A stretch of 64,000 bases of DNA from an uncultured Thermoleophilia bacterium (GTDB lineage: Bacteria; Actinomycetota; Thermoleophilia; Miltoncostaeales; Miltoncostaeaceae): assembly GCA_942490795.1 (NCBI GenBank), contig CALNYH010000014.1:79957-143956 (forward strand), written 5' to 3'. The notes beneath the pieces were generated by a model that saw only the letters and a list, made by a program, of their open reading frames with translations, searched no databases and was not told the DNA's origin. Every line of letters starts with the position of its first letter. Position 1 is the first letter of the stretch. Below are positions 59,463 through 64,000 of this stretch, piece after piece. The translations under genes were made by a program, and so were the position numbers.

Positions 59463-60464
59463 TCAGCCCGGCGGGCGGGCCCCCAGCGTCACCGTCACCT
59501 CCATGGCGCGGCCGGCGCGGCGCAGATCGAGCACCACCCGGTCGCCGACCGCGCGCCGTGACACGCGTGCGCCGAGCTCGGCATTGCCCGCGGCGCGTGC
59601 CCCGTCGACGCCCACGACGACGTCACCCACCCGAAGGCCGGCGGCGGCGGCCGGCCCGCCCGGGCGGACCTCGGCGACGCGCACGCCGGGCTCGGGGCCC
59701 CCCGCGGTGGCCCCGGGGCCCACGTCCTGGCCGACGAAGCCCATCCACGGAAGCCCCGGGCCGTCGCCCAGCGTCGCGTCCACGACGCGCCGGACGACCC
59801 CCACCGGGATGGCGAAGGCGACGCCGTCATCCGAGCCGCTGAGCGTCGAGATGGCCGTCGTGACCCCGATCACGCGCCCCTCCCGATCGAGCAGCGGCCC
59901 ACCGGAGCTCCCCGGGTTCACCGAGGCGTCGGTCTGGATGACGTCGCCGACGATCGCCTCGCCGGCGGGGAGCGCGCGATGCAGACCCGAGACGATCCCG
60001 AGCGTCACCGTGCGCTCCAACCCGAACGGGCTTCCGATCGCCACCGCGGGCGCACCGACCCGGAGCGCCCCCGCATCGCCGAGCTCGAGCGGGCGAAGCC
60101 CGTCGGGCAGTCCGCCCCCGACGCCCTCGAGCGCCACCAGCGCGAGGTCCGCGTCGGCCCGGCTCGCCACCACTCGCGCCGGCCGTGGCGGACCGCCCGG
60201 CACCGACACCCGCACCCGTCCGGCCGTGCCCACGACATGCGCGTTGGTGACGATGTGGCCCGCCGCGTCGACGACGAATCCGGAGCCCTGGCGGGCGCCG
60301 TCGCCCGCGTGGATCGTCACCACCCCCGGCGCGGCGACCCGGTACGCACGGTCGACCGGATCGACGGGCGCCTCCGCGCGGATGCCCGCGACGGCGAGCG
60401 TCGCGAGACCCCCGAGGAGCGCCGCCCCGACGAGCCCCGCCACGATCCCGATCACACGCCGCAT
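59463..60464 (-). CDS. HtrA/DegP-type S1C serine protease with PDZ domain
   Basis: Triad contexts TNAHVV, DLALV and GSSGGPL. N-terminal TM anchor. C-terminal PDZ (GVRVAEVRPGGPAAAAGLRVGDVVV). Confidence 0.9.
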   Translation of the reverse strand: MRRVIGIVAGLVGAALLGGLATLAVAGIRAEAPVDPVDRAYRVAAPGVVTIHAGDGARQGSGFVVDAAGHIVTNAHVVGTAGRVRVSVPGGPPRPARVVASRADADLALVALEGVGGGLPDGLRPLELGDAGALRVGAPAVAIGSPFGLERTVTLGIVSGLHRALPAGEAIVGDVIQTDASVNPGSSGGPLLDREGRVIGVTTAISTLSGSDDGVAFAIPVGVVRRVVDATLGDGPGLPWMGFVGQDVGPGATAGGPEPGVRVAEVRPGGPAAAAGLRVGDVVVGVDGARAAGNAELGARVSRRAVGDRVVLDLRRAGRAMEVTVTLGARPPG

Positions 60465-60581
60465 CCCGGCCCTCCCCGCTCGTACCGGGAGGGATCGTCC
60501 CTCGCCTCGGCACGCGCCGACACGGGCGCGAGGATGGTTCGGGCACTGGACCTTCGCGGGGTCCGCTCCCGCCCGGCTGGG

Positions 60582-61397
60582 TCAGCCCGGGCGGCTCAGC
60601 GGGCGACGGGTCGGCCCGGGCGGCTCAGCCGCCGACGGGTCGGGGGCGCGCGCGGGGGCGGGGCGCGGGCGCACCGAGGACAGGCCTCCGTCCACGCCCA
60701 GCACCTGCCCGGTGATCCAGCCCGAATCGGCGCCGGCCAGAAACGCCATCGCGGCCGCGACGTCGTCGGGGGTGCCGAAACGGCCGAGCGCGTGCATGGC
60801 GAGCGACGCTGCCCGACTCGCATCCCCACCCCGAAGTCGCTCGGTCAGGGGCGTCTCGACCAGGCCCGGCGCGACCGCGTTGACCCGGATCCCGCGCGAC
60901 GCATAGCTCGCCGCCGCGGAGACGGTCAGCCCGGCGACACCCGCTTTGGCCGCGGCGATCGCCTCGTGGTTGGGCATGCCGTAGCCGGCGGCGGCCGACG
61001 ACACGAGCACCACGGACCCTCCGTCCGGACCGAGGTGCCGCGCCCCGGCGCGGACCGCCCCGAAGGCCGATGTCAGGTTGGTGGCGACGACCTCGTCCCA
61101 CTCCTCGACCGAGGTGGCGTGCGCGGGCTTGAGCAGCAGCGACCCGACGCAGTCGGCGACCGCGTCCAGACGCCCGAACGCCGCGGCGGCGGCGGCGGCG
61201 GCGGCCTCCACGGCATGCACGTCCCGGGCATCCACGACCACTGGAACGCCGCCGACCTCGGCTGCGAGCGCGTCGGCGCGCGCGGCGTCCCGGCCCGCGA
61301 CGGCGACCCGCCAGCCGTCGCCCGCCAGGCGCCGCACGAGCGCCGTGCCGACGCCGCCGGTCGCGCCGAGGACCAGCGCCGCGGGTGACTCAGACAC
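60582..61397 (-). CDS. SDR family oxidoreductase with an unusual Pro/Ala-rich C-terminal tail
   Basis: LGATGGVG, NLTSAF, YxxxK context (GYGMPNHEAIAAAKAG), VNAVAPG, VDGGLS. A tail of about 30 aa follows, running through a 29-nt tandem repeat. Confidence 0.85.
   Translation of the reverse strand: MSESPAALVLGATGGVGTALVRRLAGDGWRVAVAGRDAARADALAAEVGGVPVVVDARDVHAVEAAAAAAAAAFGRLDAVADCVGSLLLKPAHATSVEEWDEVVATNLTSAFGAVRAGARHLGPDGGSVVLVSSAAAGYGMPNHEAIAAAKAGVAGLTVSAAASYASRGIRVNAVAPGLVETPLTERLRGGDASRAASLAMHALGRFGTPDDVAAAMAFLAGADSGWITGQVLGVDGGLSSVRPRPAPARAPDPSAAEPPGPTRRPLSRPG
60585..60642. repeat. 29-nt tandem direct repeat (27/29 identical)
   Basis: gcccgggcggctcagcgggcgacgggtcg (60585-60613) is followed by gcccgggcggctcagccgccgacgggtcg (60614-60642). 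Confidence 0.85.
61183..61203. repeat. (GCG)7 trinucleotide run encoding poly-Ala in the SDR gene
   Basis: gcggcggcggcggcggcggcg. On the minus strand this is the EAAAAAAAAF segment. Confidence 0.8.
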
Positions 61398-62937
61398 GCG
61401 CGTCGGCCGGCGTCGGCGACCCCTGCCCCGGCGCCGGCGCGCCCTCGTCCGCGGCGACGGCCGCCGCCGCGATGCGCGTCAGCATCTGTCCGAAAATGAG
61501 CTGGTGCGCAGGCCAGAGGGCGTACCAGTAGGCCAGCCCGCCGAGTCCGATCGGATCGAACAGGGCGGTCTGCCGGATGCTCGACCCCCCGTCCACGGGG
61601 TCGACCTCGAACTGCAGCCACGCCCGGCCGGGCAGGCGCATCTCTGCCCGGAGCCGCAGGAGGTGGTCTGGGTGGAACTCCTCGACCCGCCACCAATCGA
61701 GGGTGTCGCCAGGCACGAGATACGACGGGTCGCGGCGCCCGCGCCGGAGCCCCGGGCCGCCGACGGCGAGGTCCATGAGCCCGCGCAGGCGCCAGAGCGA
61801 GTTGGCGTAGTACCACCCCGTGCGCCCACCGATGCGCCGGATGGGCCGGAAGGCTCGGTTGGGCGACGCCGAGACCCAGGTCGTACGGGAATCGACGAGC
61901 CGGTTCCCGAAGCGGACCCCGCCGTACGAGCGCTGGTGCGCCCCGGAGCTGAGCGCGTCCGACCAGCGCGTCTGCGCGAACTCGTGGTCCTCGTTGGAGA
62001 GCGCCCTCGCGATCGCGTCCTTGATGCCCCGCGGGCGGACGTCGAACGCGCGGAGCGCGCCGTCGTCGCGCACGACCGTTTCGTTTCGGAGCCCCTCGAG
62101 CAGTTCTCGCCCGACGCGGGCGTAGACCGGCGTGACGAGCCCCAGCCACAGGCTCGACAGTCGCGGCGTGAGCACCGGCACCGGCACCATCAGACGGTGC
62201 AGGCCCCGCTGGCGGGCGTACTCGCGCATGACGTCGCCGTAGCTCACGACGTCCGGCCCGCCGATCTCGATGATGAACGACTCGGCGTCGGGCCCCGCCC
62301 CGAGGGCGTCCCGGAGGTGCTCGGTCGGGGTGTCGATCGCGGCCACGAGGTATGCGATGACGTCCTCGATCGCGATCGGCTGGGTGCGGGTCCCCACCCA
62401 TCGGGGCGTGACCATCGCGGGCAGCCTGTCGACCAGGGCCCTCACCATCTCGAACGAGAAGCTCCCGGAGCCCATCACGATCGACGCCCGGAGCTCGATC
62501 GCCTCGACCCCGCTCGAGCGGAGGATGGCGCCCACCTCCTGACGGCTCGCGAGGTGCGGCGACAGCCGCGTCCCGTCGCCCAGCCCGCCCAGGTAGACGA
62601 TCCGGCGCACGCCGGCTTCGCGGGCCGCGGCGGCGAAGCGCCGCGCGACCACGCGGTCGGCGGCGTACCCGTTGGCCTCGTGCATCGAGTGGATCAGGAA
62701 GAACGCGGTGTCGACGCCGACCATCGCCGCCTCGAGGGCGGCCGGCTCGCGTGCGTCGCCGCCGACGATCTCGGTCGCCTCCGCGACGCGTGGACGAAGC
62801 TCATCAGGGCGCCGAGTCATGCATCGGACCCGGCGCCCGTCACCTTCGAGGCGTCCGAGGAGGCGCCCCCCCACGTAGCCGGACGAGCCCGTGACCAGGA
62901 TCAGCGGCTGCGCGGTGGTGGAGGCGTTGTCGTCCAT
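61390..62937 (-). CDS. NAD(P)H-binding atypical SDR with C-terminal DUF2867-like domain
   Basis: LVTGSSGYVGGRL Rossmann motif and a C-terminal ~180 aa (WYYANSLWRLRGLMD...WRVEEF...LRAEMRLPGRAWLQFEV) as I recall for DUF2867. 8-nt overlap with the downstream SDR. Confidence 0.8.
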   Translation of the reverse strand: MDDNASTTAQPLILVTGSSGYVGGRLLGRLEGDGRRVRCMTRRPDELRPRVAEATEIVGGDAREPAALEAAMVGVDTAFFLIHSMHEANGYAADRVVARRFAAAAREAGVRRIVYLGGLGDGTRLSPHLASRQEVGAILRSSGVEAIELRASIVMGSGSFSFEMVRALVDRLPAMVTPRWVGTRTQPIAIEDVIAYLVAAIDTPTEHLRDALGAGPDAESFIIEIGGPDVVSYGDVMREYARQRGLHRLMVPVPVLTPRLSSLWLGLVTPVYARVGRELLEGLRNETVVRDDGALRAFDVRPRGIKDAIARALSNEDHEFAQTRWSDALSSGAHQRSYGGVRFGNRLVDSRTTWVSASPNRAFRPIRRIGGRTGWYYANSLWRLRGLMDLAVGGPGLRRGRRDPSYLVPGDTLDWWRVEEFHPDHLLRLRAEMRLPGRAWLQFEVDPVDGGSSIRQTALFDPIGLGGLAYWYALWPAHQLIFGQMLTRIAAAAVAADEGAPAPGQGSPTPADARV

Positions 62938-62956
62938 GTCGGTCGATTCCGTTCGA

Positions 62957-63391
62957 TCAGGCGGCGATGCCGACCGCCGGCGCGCCGCGACGTGTGTCCC
63001 GAACCTCGAGATGGCGGTGGGAAGGGCAGTAGCGGCTGCCGCGCATCGGCTCGCGCCCACACGGCTTGCCCTTGCGGTTGGCCGCAGCGCATCGAAGCAG
63101 ATTCTGCCGCCCGTCGCTCACGCGCTCGGCGTCGAGTTCGTCTGCGACCTCGACCACGCCGCCCTCGATCAGGCGGAACGCAGACAGCTGGCGGTGCAAC
63201 GGGAACAGGAACCGCACCTGACGAAAAAGCGCGCGTGCCGCGTAGGGGCGAAAGCGCGGGTCCATGGCCATCCGCTCCACGCTGCCCTCGCATGCGTCCC
63301 GGAGCAGCCGTACCGGCCGGCCGGGGTGCCCCGGGTCGGGCAACAGCTCAGGCTTGAGGAGCCTGAACAGCCCGCGACTGTGCTCGTACAT
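62957..63391 (-). CDS. hypothetical protein with C-terminal Cys/His cluster
   Basis: GAGGAG lies upstream of the ATG at 63391. 144 aa. The C-terminus is LLRCAAANRKGKPCGREPMRGSRYCPSHRH (a possible small zinc-binding knuckle). Confidence 0.55.
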   Translation of the reverse strand: MYEHSRGLFRLLKPELLPDPGHPGRPVRLLRDACEGSVERMAMDPRFRPYAARALFRQVRFLFPLHRQLSAFRLIEGGVVEVADELDAERVSDGRQNLLRCAAANRKGKPCGREPMRGSRYCPSHRHLEVRDTRRGAPAVGIAA

Positions 63392-63401
63392 GCCCGTCTC
63401 C

Positions 63402-63599
63402 TCACGCGGCCTTGGGGGCCGCCTCGGTGTTCTCGCCCTCGAGCGCCCGCAGGGCCGCCTGGAGACGGTCCCATGCCCGCTCCTCCGCGACCTCGTGCGC
63501 GTGGGCATCTCCGTACAGCGCGCCGTTGCGCGACACGGCCAGGTAATCCGACCGCGCCCGCTCGACCTCGGCTTGAAGCCCCTCGTCGACTGCCACCAT
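63402..63599 (-). CDS. hypothetical small helical protein (65 aa)
   Basis: AAGGAGG lies 5 nt upstream of the ATG at 63599. Sequence: MVAVDEGLQAEVERARSDYLAVSRNGALYGDAHAHEVAEERAWDRL... Confidence 0.5.
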   Translation of the reverse strand: MVAVDEGLQAEVERARSDYLAVSRNGALYGDAHAHEVAEERAWDRLQAALRALEGENTEAAPKAA

Positions 63600-63610
63600 G
63601 CTTCCTCCTT

Positions 63611-63650
63611 TGTCTAGACGATTTCTAGACACCATGTCTACATAAGTCAA
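63611..63650 (-). promoter_or_regulatory. AT-rich putative promoter with three phased direct repeats (operator-like)
   Basis: The minus strand reads TTGACT-TATGTAGACATGGTGTC-TAGAAAT-CGTCTAGACA-AAGGAGG. That gives a -35-like TTGACT, a 17-nt spacer and a -10-like TAGAAAT. TAGACA/TAGAAA/TAGACA repeats are spaced 13 and 11 nt apart. This is the lowest-GC patch I saw in the window. Confidence 0.5.
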
Positions 63651-63700
63651 GGACCGCACGGGAACGACGCGCCTGATCGCCCGCAAGGCCCGCATAAACC

Positions 63701-63715
63701 TTGACGACGTGTCAA
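63701..63715. promoter_or_regulatory. perfect palindrome TTGAC-N5-GTCAA just upstream of the MerR gene
   Basis: ttgacgacgtgtcaa at 63701-63715, 10 nt before the GTG at 63726. Confidence 0.45.
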
Positions 63716-63725
63716 ACTTGCGCCC

Positions 63726-64000
63726 GTGAACGTCGTTTCAGGCGAGAACCCACCCCCGAGCGAGCTGATCCGCATCGGAGAACTCAGCCGTCGGGTCGGG
63801 GCGAGCCCGCACCTGCTCCGCGTGTGGGAGCGCCGCTACGGCGTGCTGCAGCCGACCCGGACGTCGGGCGGCTTCCGGCTCTACTCGCTCGACGACGAGC
63901 GTCGCGTGCGCCTGATGCAGCGCCTGATCGAGCAGGGCTACTCGCCCGCCGCGGCGGCGCGGCTCGCCCGCTCCGACCCGGCCCCCGCGCGCCCCGCGAA
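63726..64000 (+). CDS. MerR family transcriptional regulator (MlrA/CarH-like HTH), 3'-truncated by the window edge
   Basis: IRIGELSRRVGASPHLLRVWERRYGVLQPTRTSGGFRLYSLDDERRVRLMQRLIEQGYSPAAAARL. The frame is open to the end of the window and is not in the ORF track because no stop is reached. Confidence 0.8.
   Translation, partial: MNVVSGENPPPSELIRIGELSRRVGASPHLLRVWERRYGVLQPTRTSGGFRLYSLDDERRVRLMQRLIEQGYSPAAAARLARSDPAPARPA

Overview
High-GC (about 70% or more, judged by eye, not computed) actinobacterial-type chromosomal segment with roughly 70 densely packed genes. Most are core functions, in an order I recall from Mycobacterium and Bacillus. These include a UvrD-family helicase, pyrG-M20 peptidase-NUDIX, and tlyA-nadK-recN. 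Also present are dxs, tandem crcB, rnhA, and a ~9-kb translationally coupled minus-strand operon (aroC-aroK-aroB-aroQ-Xaa-Pro peptidase-efp-BCCP fusion-accC-nusB-xseB-like). A type IV pilus locus carries pilA, a giant FN3-like repeat protein, pilD, pilM, pilN, pilO and a lipoprotein. The right-hand third looks more accessory: a STAND/LuxR regulator, small membrane proteins, a DUF1269-like pair, DUF1254/DUF1214, DUF2252, HtrA, two SDRs and a MerR regulator. I recognised no rRNA, tRNA, CRISPR array, transposase or integrase. I did not find a convincing defence-type multi-gene system. The most unusual items are: (1) a Crp/FNR-type sensor-HTH module fused in frame to a complete flavoprotein disulfide reductase, preceded by a coupled zinc-ribbon ORF; (2) a PycB/OadA-like carboxyltransferase domain fused to the BCCP domain in the accB position, with three of four metal ligands substituted; (3) four coding lesions, namely compensated double frameshifts in a CDP-alcohol phosphatidyltransferase and in recN, an amber codon in pilM, and a frameshift in the pilus-linked giant protein; (4) an AT-rich divergent promoter with phased direct repeats between a MerR (MlrA/CarH-like HTH) gene and a two-gene operon of unknown function. 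All family assignments come from motif recognition and memory; no searches were run.
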